Part shown: in pieces, positions 18,318 through 27,577 of the stretch
Position numbering within the stretch: the first letter of the stretch is position 1
How the letters are laid out: every line of letters begins with the position of its first letter
Assembly: GCA_043817405.1 (NCBI GenBank)
Contig: JBDRGV010000051.1
Location: forward strand, 1,960 to 65,959
From: an archaeon
Lineage (GTDB): Archaea; Nanobdellota; Nanobdellia; Woesearchaeales; GCA-2686295
Direction of reading: 5' to 3'
Length of the DNA stretch: 64,000 nt
Translations under genes and position numbers: made by a program
Notes under the pieces: model-generated
Told to the model about the DNA's origin: nothing
Database searches by the model: none
Seen by the model: the letters and a program-made list of their open reading frames with translations, nothing else

Positions 18318-19134
18318 GTACAAAAAACTAATAATCCTTGGAATTACAGCAATAATAGTTATTCTTTCATACATTTTCCTACGAAAAGTTGACCCTTTTT
18401 TATTAACAGAATTTGGAAACAATTTACCACTTCCTTTATTTACTATTATAATTGCAGTAGTTGATGGATTTAATCCGTGCAATCTGTTCATTCTTACAAT
18501 GCTTCTAAGTTTGATATTAACTGAGTCTCAATCAAGAAAAAGAACCTTTGCAGTTGGTTATAGTTTCATAATGGTTGTTTACATATTCTACTTTTTGTTC
18601 ATGGCTGCATGGCTAAATGTGTTCAAATATGTGGGCTTCATAACACCGCTAAGAATCACAATTGCTTTATTAGCAATAATAGCAGGGCTGATAAACGTCA
18701 AAGAACTGTTCTTTTACAGACAAGGTATAACTTTAATGGTTCAAGATAAATTTGTAGGACCTTTAAAAGAAAGAATACAAAAAGTCGCTGAAATAATAAA
18801 AAAAGGATCAATACCAACACTTATCGGTGCATCAGTCATTCTTGCAATATTCTCTTCACTCGTTGAACTACCATGTACTGCAGGCTTTCCAATAATATAC
18901 ACAGGAATATTAACAGGACATTCAATAACAGGATTGGGTCATTATCTGTATCTTGCCTTGTACAATCTATTCTATGTAACTCCATTACTAGTCATAGTAA
19001 CTGTCTTTGGACTTACATTCAAAGGTAAGCAAATAAAGAAAGAAACCATGGCTTTGATAAAATTCATAGGTGGAACAATCATGCTACTTCTAGGAATAGT
19101 TCTTCTATTTAACCCAGGAATAATTGGTGTATAG
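18307..19134 (+). CDS. CcdA/DsbD-like (DsbD_2) thiol-disulfide transfer membrane protein
   Basis: Cys in TM segments: DGFNPCNLFIL matches CcdA SPCV.P, and ELPCTAGFPIIYTGIL matches SPCIGPIL. Overlaps the DUF134 gene by 11 nt. Confidence 0.45.
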   Translation: MNDKYKKLIILGITAIIVILSYIFLRKVDPFLLTEFGNNLPLPLFTIIIAVVDGFNPCNLFILTMLLSLILTESQSRKRTFAVGYSFIMVVYIFYFLFMAAWLNVFKYVGFITPLRITIALLAIIAGLINVKELFFYRQGITLMVQDKFVGPLKERIQKVAEIIKKGSIPTLIGASVILAIFSSLVELPCTAGFPIIYTGILTGHSITGLGHYLYLALYNLFYVTPLLVIVTVFGLTFKGKQIKKETMALIKFIGGTIMLLLGIVLLFNPGIIGV

Positions 19135-19159
19135 AAAAAAATAAAAAAAATTAAATTAT

Positions 19160-19702
19160 TTATTCTTCAACTACAGGTTCTTCAAAGTTTTCTTTGTACA
19201 TAAATCTGTACCATGGTTTCTTCTCAACCATGTTTCCTTCACCATCCATTTCGAATTTCTGAGTGGCTGTTCCTTTGATAAAGCCTAAGAATTTTACAGG
19301 TTCTTTTGCTTTTAGTTTTACAGCTCCTGTTTCTTCATTAACATCTACGATTTCAAGACCTTCCATTTTAGCTAATCTTTCTTGGTACATTTCTTGGAAT
19401 CGATCAATGTTTTGCTGCAGTCTCTGCTGTGCATTTTCGTTTTCAACGTTTCCTAGAGCGTTTTCCAAACCAGTTTGAAGTTTTTCTTGGTTTTGCACTT
19501 TTAATTGCTCACCAGTACCATCTTGAAGCTGAGTTTGCTCTTGTTCTTGTTCCATTATAAGCATTGGTTCTCCTTCTCCAACGCCTTCTCCAGCACCTTC
19601 AGGAGCGCCTTCACCAGCACCAGTTACTTCAGGTTGACCTTGCGCTATAACAAATGAACTGACTAAAAATAACGCAACCAACATAATTAATATTTTTCTC
19701 AT
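19160..19702 (-). CDS. Secreted coiled-coil protein
   Basis: Signal peptide MRKILIMLVALFLVSSFVIA, then GEG/EG repeats and a Q/E-rich coiled coil. Confidence 0.5.
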   Translation of the reverse strand: MRKILIMLVALFLVSSFVIAQGQPEVTGAGEGAPEGAGEGVGEGEPMLIMEQEQEQTQLQDGTGEQLKVQNQEKLQTGLENALGNVENENAQQRLQQNIDRFQEMYQERLAKMEGLEIVDVNEETGAVKLKAKEPVKFLGFIKGTATQKFEMDGEGNMVEKKPWYRFMYKENFEEPVVEE

Positions 19703-19804
19703 ATTATCACCCATACTTAACATCGTTAAGCACAGTATATAAAGCTTGTGAAAAAGTTCATTTTCTTAGAAAAATTTTTATAGATTATGTGAGTAGAAGG
19801 TTAT

Positions 19805-20686
19805 ATGAGAGAGGTGACACATTTCTACTTAGCAGTTATAGGATTCATTATTTTGATTGCAAGTTCTGTTTCTTCAATATTCTTTCACAATCCACAATTC
19901 TATGTGTTCTTCTGCTTATCATCTGTTCTGGTTCTGGACTATTTGGATTTCAGAATTAGAAAAAAGTCACTAATAAGTTTTTTCATGAAAAAAACACATC
20001 ATTCAGCTGTAATGTTCTTCATAATAGCATCAATAGTCTTCGCAGTGGTTGTTGATTTATTATATGGAGTTGTGCTGTTTAAAATTTGGAGTTGGCCAAG
20101 CTACACAACAATTAATTGGGTCATACTATACACTCTCATAAATTTTTTCTTCATAATCCTAGTCTATGAAACCTATATGATAACTCAACATTTTCTATCA
20201 AAGAACTTCATCCAAAAACATTATAGAAAAATATCTATTTCAAAAAACAACCATTTCAAAGCAACAATTGTATCGCTTAGCCTAATATTTCTATTTTTAC
20301 CACTAGCTTATTTCTTCTTATTCGGAGAAAAACTTGGTGGATTTGTAATGATTCTCCCATTCATAGGGCTATGGTTAATATGTGATTCAATATTATATCT
20401 TCATGGACAAACACCAATAGTGCAAAAGATAATGACCGGTGATGGAAGGACCATTGCAGGAATATTAATAACCACTACTTTTCTGGTTTTAACCCATGAA
20501 TTTGTCAATTCATTCTCATCCGAATGGGTTTATTTAAACATCCCGTTCATGAATCTTCAGATTGGAAGCGTTCCAGTAATGGTAATAGTAGGTTGGATTC
20601 CTCTAGTGTTATTTTGTATTTCATTCTTAGACTTGACAAAAATATTAGAAAAAGAAGTGTTTGATAAAAAGCGAATTAAAGAATAA
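19805..20686 (+). CDS. Polytopic membrane protein
   Basis: 293 aa with 8 or more hydrophobic segments. Confidence 0.5.
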   Translation: MREVTHFYLAVIGFIILIASSVSSIFFHNPQFYVFFCLSSVLVLDYLDFRIRKKSLISFFMKKTHHSAVMFFIIASIVFAVVVDLLYGVVLFKIWSWPSYTTINWVILYTLINFFFIILVYETYMITQHFLSKNFIQKHYRKISISKNNHFKATIVSLSLIFLFLPLAYFFLFGEKLGGFVMILPFIGLWLICDSILYLHGQTPIVQKIMTGDGRTIAGILITTTFLVLTHEFVNSFSSEWVYLNIPFMNLQIGSVPVMVIVGWIPLVLFCISFLDLTKILEKEVFDKKRIKE

Positions 20687-20689
20687 AAA

Positions 20690-21685
20690 TCACAAGCGAA
20701 GATTCATTAATTCTTTAACAGCTTTATTCACATCATCATTATTTACTTCTTTATGGTATTTAATATCTTGATTAGCATGATTGTATTTATCGTCGTAGTA
20801 GTTCAGAAGTAAGTATTCTGCAATGTACAGATAATCTTTCTTATCTACTTTCTCAGTTAGTTCTTCCACCACCTTACTACTTAGTTGAACTTTTAAGCTT
20901 GAGATTATCTCCTTGATTTTTTTATCTTCTCCATGTGTGAAGTAATCCCTGACTATTCTTTTAGCTCTGTTTTTAATTGAACAGGTTATTAGGATTGTTT
21001 TTGATTCTTGCATTGCTTTGAATAGTTTGTTTGGAACGTAGATATTACCTATCTTTTTTGCTTCGCCTTCGATAAAGACAGTTTTTTCTTTCTTTAGTTT
21101 ATTTAGTTGTTCCCAAAGTCTGCTCTCAAACATTTTTTGAGTTGTTGGTTTAAGTCCAATTGCTCCAAAGACTGAACTTCGATGTTTGGCTAAACCTTCT
21201 AGGTCTATGGATGGTTTTAGTTTTTTTATTAAATCTGTTTTACCACAGCCAGCAAGACCTTGTAAAACGATGAGTTTGAATGGAGGACTTTGCTCTAGTT
21301 GATTTCTTATGTAAGCTCTAAAAGATTTGTAACCGCCTTTTAATTGGAAAACTTCATAGCCCAAAGACTCTATAAGTTCAGTTATTGTTTTAGATCTAAT
21401 TCCGCCTCGCCAGCAATAAACAATGATTGTTTTCTTTTTGTTAATTTCTTTGTATTCATTTATGAAATCATTAACTTTGGACTTATAGATTGCAAAGCCT
21501 TTATCGAAAGCTTGCTCCTTGTTTTTTTTATAAAGAATCCCTATTTCCTTTCTTTCTTCATTTGTAAATATTGGAGAGTTAATTGATTCTGGAATATTAT
21601 CTTCTTCAAACTCCTTAGGGGAGCGAGTATCTATGAAAACAGGGTTGAGTTTTATTGCTTTTTCTATTGAAATAACTTTAACCAT
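20690..21685 (-). CDS. selU: tRNA 2-selenouridine synthase (rhodanese + P-loop)
   Basis: Rhodanese active loop YCWRGGIRS followed by QLKGGYKSFRAY and Walker A QGLAGCGKT. Collinear with SelU/MnmH. Confidence 0.75.
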   Translation of the reverse strand: MVKVISIEKAIKLNPVFIDTRSPKEFEEDNIPESINSPIFTNEERKEIGILYKKNKEQAFDKGFAIYKSKVNDFINEYKEINKKKTIIVYCWRGGIRSKTITELIESLGYEVFQLKGGYKSFRAYIRNQLEQSPPFKLIVLQGLAGCGKTDLIKKLKPSIDLEGLAKHRSSVFGAIGLKPTTQKMFESRLWEQLNKLKKEKTVFIEGEAKKIGNIYVPNKLFKAMQESKTILITCSIKNRAKRIVRDYFTHGEDKKIKEIISSLKVQLSSKVVEELTEKVDKKDYLYIAEYLLLNYYDDKYNHANQDIKYHKEVNNDDVNKAVKELMNLRL

Positions 21686-21768
21686 AAGAAAAGAAAAGAA
21701 TAAAGGGTTTATTAATGTTGGGGGATAAACATTTAAATAATCAACCCAATTATCTATAATGAATTAAT

Positions 21769-22242
21769 ATGAGTGAATTCCTATATGACATTCTATTAGA
21801 AGCAAATTATCTAGATGCAAGTCACGAATCTAAAGAGAAAAACAATAAGCGATTGTTCTCAGCACAACTCTACGATGTGGCATTTGCAACTCCACTTGTT
21901 GAAGGAGGAATCATTACAATATATATACCTGAGGATGTTGAAGCACTATACAGACACGATTTTAAGAAAATACGTACTTCTCCAAAACATAACACCCATC
22001 TTGGTAATGTTATCACGTTGTGGCAATACGGCATAGTTGATACTGAGCAAACTCCAACTACAACCGCCTATGTGAAAAAAGATTTTTCAATGAATAATGC
22101 TGAAGACTTAGCCATGGCAGAACTTAAAGACGTGATAAACCTAATAAAATTCAACAATGAATATCACAAAGTAGACTTGACCATAATTGAAAGCCAACAT
22201 TTCAAAGACTGGAAACAAGAACATAACTGGAATGATTTCTAA
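21769..22242 (+). CDS. Hypothetical protein
   Basis: 157-aa ORF. Confidence 0.45.
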   Translation: MSEFLYDILLEANYLDASHESKEKNNKRLFSAQLYDVAFATPLVEGGIITIYIPEDVEALYRHDFKKIRTSPKHNTHLGNVITLWQYGIVDTEQTPTTTAYVKKDFSMNNAEDLAMAELKDVINLIKFNNEYHKVDLTIIESQHFKDWKQEHNWNDF

Positions 22243-22294
22243 TTGAATTGAAGCCATAAAAGCATTTATATATCATTTAGTATATATAGATTGT

Positions 22295-22999
22295 ATGGAA
22301 AAGAAATTTAAGATTATTATTTCAATTGTTTTGTTATTAGTAATATTGACAGTACTTGTTCTAGTAAGTATAAAAGACAATTACACAACAGGACCTATGC
22401 TTCCAAGGATAGATAATGAAACCATGTCTGAAATGTATTTGAATGAAGCTAGAAATGACGTGGCTGAATCAGAACAATTGCTTGTAGAAGCAAAAGAAGC
22501 TGTAAGCGATTATAAATTCTTTGACAGATTCTTTATAAAACGAACCATTAGAAAAATGGAACGAAAAATTAATGAGGCAAAAGAAGACTTAGCAAGACTC
22601 GAAGAAGCTCATTTAAATCAAGATTATTTTGCAGTTGCTAGCGCATGGTATAGTGTTTCTGGCAAAACAAGTTATGCAAACCATTACCTGAACGGCGTTC
22701 TTGAAGGAAAAACAAAGAAAGATTGGAATAAAGTAGACTCATACTCTCCTGATACAATAGAAGGAGTATTTGTCAAAGACTTAGGACATCCTTTCTCAGG
22801 CTCTGCAATTATGACAGATGATGGTTATTATAGAATAAGCGGAGATTTAGTTGAAGAAATACTTGCTTTGGAAGATGGAACAAAAATCGGAATTGTAGGG
22901 ACAATCTCTGAAAGCAAAAGAACCATTCCGGAAGCAGGAGACTTTGTTACAATCACAGAAAAAGTGATTGATGTTGAGTCCTATGAAGTTATAGAATGA
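22295..22999 (+). CDS. Membrane-anchored hypothetical protein
   Basis: N-terminal TM anchor then a soluble domain. Confidence 0.45.
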   Translation: MEKKFKIIISIVLLLVILTVLVLVSIKDNYTTGPMLPRIDNETMSEMYLNEARNDVAESEQLLVEAKEAVSDYKFFDRFFIKRTIRKMERKINEAKEDLARLEEAHLNQDYFAVASAWYSVSGKTSYANHYLNGVLEGKTKKDWNKVDSYSPDTIEGVFVKDLGHPFSGSAIMTDDGYYRISGDLVEEILALEDGTKIGIVGTISESKRTIPEAGDFVTITEKVIDVESYEVIE

Positions 23000-23394
23000 A
23001 AAAACAATTTACAAAAAAAGATTCACTTATCATCTTAATAGGTTTCATAGGTATTATTCTATTTGGAATCGGTTTAGGGCTCCTTTATTCATCTTTGCCA
23101 GCCCATCATCCAGAGAAAAGTAAACAAGCCTGCGAAAGCGTTGGTGGAGAATGGACTGATGAACAAATTTGTCTTTTATCCTATAAACAAGCAGGCGAAG
23201 TATGCACTGATGGAGGACAATGTATTAGTGGAGTTTGTTTCCCACCAGAATTAACTGAAGAACAAAAAGTGATTCTTGCTAAAGAGCCTTTGAAAAACAT
23301 TGTTGGCACATGTTATCCTGAGGATCTAGTAACCGGTTGTGTTGAACAAGTAATTCTAGGCACAGTATCAAAAGAATCAATGTGTATGGATTAA
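22996..23394 (+). CDS. Membrane-anchored Cys-rich small protein
   Basis: TM anchor plus 8 Cys. Overlaps the previous gene by 4 nt. Confidence 0.45.
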   Translation: MKKQFTKKDSLIILIGFIGIILFGIGLGLLYSSLPAHHPEKSKQACESVGGEWTDEQICLLSYKQAGEVCTDGGQCISGVCFPPELTEEQKVILAKEPLKNIVGTCYPEDLVTGCVEQVILGTVSKESMCMD

Positions 23395-23398
23395 TGGT

Positions 23399-23857
23399 TT
23401 AAGCCACGTTGATTTGAACCTTTTTAGTCATATCAAAACCTTTAACATCTAGTCTTGCCACTAAATACCAATTAGTTCTTATTTTTGTTCCTAAAAGCAT
23501 TTGTGCTGTTTTCATAACCGTTCCTAGTGCACCTTCGGGTGGTTGTTGACTTTCAACATTGGCAGGAATGGTTATTTTAAATTGATAAACTAAAGGTTGG
23601 CTTCCAGGCAGATATTCTTTTTCTCGGTCCAATGGTTGTTTAAAATCAAATATCTTCACAGTTCTATAGGATTTATTTGTGCCGTATCCTTGAGATATTT
23701 TTTGCTCTCCAAATAATCTTATGGACAACTCTTTTCCTTGAAGAGGTTTTTTTAGTTTTAATGAAACCGTTCCCTCAATGGTTTGACCTGGTGCATAATT
23801 ATAATTATTCAACTGAATCTCAATTTTTCCTTTACCGAATCCAAACATGTTTATCAC
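23399..23857 (-). CDS. Arrestin-like / Spo0M N-domain protein
   Basis: MINMFGFGKGKIEIQL..YAPGQTIEGTVSLKL...Q..KELSIRLFGEQ matches the Spo0M/arrestin-N pattern. Confidence 0.45.
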   Translation of the reverse strand: MINMFGFGKGKIEIQLNNYNYAPGQTIEGTVSLKLKKPLQGKELSIRLFGEQKISQGYGTNKSYRTVKIFDFKQPLDREKEYLPGSQPLVYQFKITIPANVESQQPPEGALGTVMKTAQMLLGTKIRTNWYLVARLDVKGFDMTKKVQINVA

Positions 23858-23910
23858 CTACTATAAAAATATAAAGACCTATATAAAATGTTTTTGGTTC
23901 GTAAATGTTT

Positions 23911-23940
23911 CGGTTTTTCTTAGAAACAACATATAAACCT
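23911..23940 (+). promoter_or_regulatory. Conserved promoter box (copy 1) upstream of the PIN gene: ...ttttcttagaaacaacatataaac + 25 nt + ATG
   Basis: 24-nt identity with copy 2. ATATAAA sits about 25 nt before ATG, an archaeal leaderless geometry. Coordinates approximate (+/-2). Confidence 0.45.
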
Positions 23941-23958
23941 TTATTTCTATGTTAATTT

Positions 23959-24357
23959 ATGAAAGTTTACTTTGACACTAATATTTATCTTGACTTCTTT
24001 GAAGATAGAAACGATGGTTTAAGACCTTTGGGAGAGTATGCTTTTAATTGTTTTAAAAGAGGAATTGAGTGTGAGTTTTACATTGTTTTTTCAGAGCATG
24101 TTCTGGATGAATTAATTGACTTTGGAATTAGCAATGAAGATTTAGATGAACTTTTCGACTGGATTGGAATAAAACTATTAATGGTTGATAAGTGTAAAAA
24201 TGATTATAGAGAGGTTAAAAACATTATGAGAAAACACAACATTCATTATAAAGATGCTTTGCATCATGTAATCGCTCAAAGAACCTCTGATAGATTATTA
24301 ACAAATGACAATGAACTAAAACTACTTCCTGATTCTACAGGTTACGAAACTTTTTAA
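23959..24357 (+). CDS. PIN-domain (VapC-like) protein
   Basis: N-terminal MKVYFDTNIYLDF, then acidic residues in SEHVLDEL and TNDNE. 132 aa. Confidence 0.45.
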   Translation: MKVYFDTNIYLDFFEDRNDGLRPLGEYAFNCFKRGIECEFYIVFSEHVLDELIDFGISNEDLDELFDWIGIKLLMVDKCKNDYREVKNIMRKHNIHYKDALHHVIAQRTSDRLLTNDNELKLLPDSTGYETF

Positions 24358-24634
24358 TATTATGTTTTTCGAAAGAATTAATACCTTTCTTTTTTTCTTC
24401 CCAATGTTCATAGGCTAATTTATCCAACTCATCTTTTGAAAGTCTTTTGATATTTTTAACACTGCCTCTGAGTTTTGCAAGTCCTCTTATGGCTCTTTCT
24501 TTTTCTAGTTCAATCAGTTTTGCTCTGATGGCATCTCTTATGAACTCTGTTCTTGTTGAGTATCGATTTATGGTTAATGAAGAGTCAATATCTTTTAGTA
24601 ATTGATCTTCCATCTTCAGGCTAATGATATTCAT
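24335..24634 (-). CDS. Ribbon-helix-helix (CopG-like) DNA-binding protein
   Basis: ISLKMEDQLLKDIDS...RSEFIRDAIRAKL is an RHH signature. TTTATAAA lies about 30 nt upstream. It overlaps the PIN gene's 3' end convergently. Confidence 0.55.
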   Translation of the reverse strand: MNIISLKMEDQLLKDIDSSLTINRYSTRTEFIRDAIRAKLIELEKERAIRGLAKLRGSVKNIKRLSKDELDKLAYEHWEEKKKGINSFEKHNIKKFRNL

Positions 24635-24692
24635 GGTAATACTTAGTATATACGCTTGTTTATAAATTTTACTTAAAGAAAATCGAAAATCC

Positions 24693-24722
24693 TCCGACTT
24701 TTCTTAGAAACAACATATAAAC
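24693..24722 (+). promoter_or_regulatory. Conserved promoter box (copy 2) upstream of the toxin-like/Zn-ribbon-AbrB operon
   Basis: ttttcttagaaacaacatataaac is identical to copy 1; ATG follows at 24744. Coordinates approximate. Confidence 0.45.
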
Positions 24723-24743
24723 AATTAGTTCTATTGTTAAGCT

Positions 24744-25067
24744 ATGATTTCGAAAGATTTAAATAAAATAACATATTCTAATGACATACGTTTTGAGGAT
24801 TTGTTATTCGTACGATTTCAAGGGTTTAGAGTTTCGGTGACAAAGTCTGCGTTGAATGACATGCTTAAAAACAACCTAGACTTAACCGACATAAAACAAG
24901 TGCTTGAAAAAGGCAGAACAAGTCCAAGAAAAAGAAAAAAGAACACCATTGAAAAATGGTTGGATAAAAAAGGAAAAATAATAGAAGTCGTAGTTGCAAT
25001 GGATTATAATGAAACATTAAGAAAAAAAGAATGGGTGTTAATACACTGCGGAGTGTTTTCAAAATGA
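24744..25067 (+). CDS. Putative toxin-like small protein (DUF4258-like?)
   Basis: 107 aa, translationally coupled (ATGA overlap) to a zinc-ribbon/AbrB protein. Has a conserved promoter box. Confidence 0.35.
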   Translation: MISKDLNKITYSNDIRFEDLLFVRFQGFRVSVTKSALNDMLKNNLDLTDIKQVLEKGRTSPRKRKKNTIEKWLDKKGKIIEVVVAMDYNETLRKKEWVLIHCGVFSK

Positions 25068-25366
25068 AATGTCATAAATGTAATATAAAGATGGAATATA
25101 AGAATGGTTTGGAATTCAACCAAGGAATGCTTGATGGATGGAAATGTAAAAAATGTGGCGAAATATACTATGATTCAGACCAGGCACAAAGAATATTACT
25201 TATGAACAAATTAAAAAATCAAGGATTTGAAATAAGCTTGAACAGAGTCAAAAGCAATTTAATACTGAGAATTCCGAAAGCAGTGAGCGAAGCAATAGGA
25301 CTCGATGAAAAAAAGAAAGTAAACTTAACTCTAGTAAGTAAGAATGAAATAAGAATAAGAGCCTAA
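25064..25366 (+). CDS. Zinc-ribbon + AbrB/SpoVT swapped-hairpin DNA-binding protein (antitoxin-like)
   Basis: CHKCNIKMEY...CKKCGEIYYD zinc ribbon, then LILRIPKAVSEAIGLDEKKKVNLTLVSKNEIRI (AbrB/MazE-like). Confidence 0.55.
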   Translation: MKCHKCNIKMEYKNGLEFNQGMLDGWKCKKCGEIYYDSDQAQRILLMNKLKNQGFEISLNRVKSNLILRIPKAVSEAIGLDEKKKVNLTLVSKNEIRIRA

Positions 25367-25449
25367 AGATTATTTACAAAAGAAAAGTTTTCAGATAATA
25401 AATGGAAACTTTAGAAATATTTAAATAAATCATTCTCCAATAGAAGCTT

Positions 25450-26256
25450 ATGAAGTTTTTAAAAGTATTGTTGGTAATCATTCTAATTTCAGTATTAGCA
25501 TCTTCAGTATTTGCAATTATGGGGCCTCTTCCTAGTTATATGAAAGAAAGCATTAGAACAGAGGAGGGTTTTACATTAGTCAAGCAGTTTGAGCATAAGA
25601 ACTTTTATTATGCTAAAGACATTATAGTTTTATGTTTTCCCAGACCAATGGGTTTTGAAGGGTTTTGTAGTAATATGACCTTGGACACAGAATTAATAAC
25701 ATCTGTGAGAATTAATGGCAAGGATGTTGATTATTCATTTGTTTACTTGGATGATTTAGAGCAATATGGTCTTTCATATTATGACTGGAATCGTATGGAT
25801 AAAAAGTCACTTTCAGATAACAAACCACTTTCTGCAATTAAAATTGAGAAAACATTTCTTAACAATGTTAATTACGACTTAACAATTAATGAACATGAAT
25901 TCGTTGTAACATACGAAGTAAAACCATATTTTGTTGTTGCTTTGTTTTTTACAGTAATTGTTTTGGGTTTTGTATCTTTATACATGAAAAAACTAAAAAC
26001 AAAAAAGAAAATGTTCATAACAAGCATAGTTCTCTTGACATTATCTTTATTGTACTTGAATTTTAAAGATACAGACTTTGTTATGTTTCTGATACCTACA
26101 TTCTTATTCTTCATAACAGATTATATGAAAACAAATATGAATTCTGATTATAACAATATAACTTTGAAATGGTGGTATGGCATTCTTGTAGTAATCGGTT
26201 TAATTATAATTGGTTTTGTGATTCTAATAGTAGCAAATACAAGGTATATGATTTAG
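25450..26256 (+). CDS. Membrane protein
   Basis: Signal/TM N-terminus and C-terminal TM segments. Confidence 0.45.
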   Translation: MKFLKVLLVIILISVLASSVFAIMGPLPSYMKESIRTEEGFTLVKQFEHKNFYYAKDIIVLCFPRPMGFEGFCSNMTLDTELITSVRINGKDVDYSFVYLDDLEQYGLSYYDWNRMDKKSLSDNKPLSAIKIEKTFLNNVNYDLTINEHEFVVTYEVKPYFVVALFFTVIVLGFVSLYMKKLKTKKKMFITSIVLLTLSLLYLNFKDTDFVMFLIPTFLFFITDYMKTNMNSDYNNITLKWWYGILVVIGLIIIGFVILIVANTRYMI

Positions 26257-26287
26257 AATAAGTTTCTAGTTTATAATTCATACTTCT

Positions 26288-27463
26288 CTAACCAAGCCCG
26301 TACTTCTCAACCAATGCAAGCCATTTTGCGTAATAACTTGGTTCAAGTATTGGTCCCATTTTATTGATTTTCTCATAGTTAAGCGCATCAAGATGTTCTT
26401 CGCCTATGGTTTCAAATGCGATGCCTTCAGATAGCTTTACTACTATAGGAATTGACATTATATATCCCACATTGGTGTATTCTGCGGCTTTATAGGTTGG
26501 AATGGTTGGTCTTGTTGTTTCTATAAAGCAATAGCCTGTGTCTCTGTAATCATATTGGTCTGCACATTTTATTCCAGCCACCGCATGGTTTTCTGGATCA
26601 AAAGCTATGTATGCTGTTTCATAGCCTAACTCTTTTAATAGAAATATTAACAGAGTTGATTTTTCACCGCAAACACCTGTATTTGTGTAAAGAACTTGGT
26701 AAGGGTATTTGCCTGTTACATTATTGGTTTTAAAAGCGTTTTGATCATAGGGAATGTTTTGCACTAGACTAATGGCAACCCTTGCTTTATCATCGTTTGA
26801 AAGGTCCAGTGCTTTGATTTTGGTTGACAATTCTACTAAATAGGGCTCTTGTATTTTGTTGTTTAACTCTCGTTCCAAGAAATCTTTCTTTGTGGGTACT
26901 GGCTCATATTCATAGTATGAAATTGTTCTTGGTAGAGAAGCCAAGTAGCTGTTTAATTCTCCATAAACAGTTAATTTGATTGAATTACTTTCACCTCTCA
27001 AAGTGTATTCAAAGTAAATATCCTTAGGATTTATTTTATATTTAGAAATACATCTTTCTTTGTCAGGAATAAACCCTTCTTCACAACCACAAACACTTGC
27101 TTTGTAAATTAAAGCGCCATCCTGACAATATTTAGGAATGGTTGTTGAGCATTCACCATAGGGTGTGTTGTCTCTGCAATACTTAATTTCTTCACAAATG
27201 TTTTCAATTGGTTTAAAACCTTCTTCACAGCCACATTCGGTTGCTGATTCAATTAAAGACTCGTTAATGCATTTGAAAGGCTTGTTGGTTGAACATTGAT
27301 AGTTAGAAGTATTATCACCACACACAGTGTCAGGAATGCATTCATTGTTGAAAAGCTTTTCATCGCCAGAACAAAAGCTTGGTAGAGAGATGTCTTGGTT
27401 TGAATAGAAGTAGAAACCTACGGCGATTAAAAGTATAAGTATAAACACACCACTTTTTGACAT
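26288..27463 (-). CDS. Secreted transglutaminase-like cysteine protease with Cys-rich N-terminal repeats
   Basis: Signal peptide. Five repeats of the form C..C.C(E/D)EGF. Core TGVCGEKSTLLIFLLKELGYETAYIAF..NHAVAGIKC...GYCFIETT is the transglutaminase-like Cys-His-Asp triad. Confidence 0.6.
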   Translation of the reverse strand: MSKSGVFILILLIAVGFYFYSNQDISLPSFCSGDEKLFNNECIPDTVCGDNTSNYQCSTNKPFKCINESLIESATECGCEEGFKPIENICEEIKYCRDNTPYGECSTTIPKYCQDGALIYKASVCGCEEGFIPDKERCISKYKINPKDIYFEYTLRGESNSIKLTVYGELNSYLASLPRTISYYEYEPVPTKKDFLERELNNKIQEPYLVELSTKIKALDLSNDDKARVAISLVQNIPYDQNAFKTNNVTGKYPYQVLYTNTGVCGEKSTLLIFLLKELGYETAYIAFDPENHAVAGIKCADQYDYRDTGYCFIETTRPTIPTYKAAEYTNVGYIMSIPIVVKLSEGIAFETIGEEHLDALNYEKINKMGPILEPSYYAKWLALVEKYGLG

Positions 27464-27577
27464 AAAAAGAATAAATAGAAGGATGGGTTTTTAATTGTTT
27501 TGAAAAAGATGATTGGTTGATACTAGTTACGTACAATAAAAAGAAACATTTATATCAGTTTAATCATTCCTAAGATT

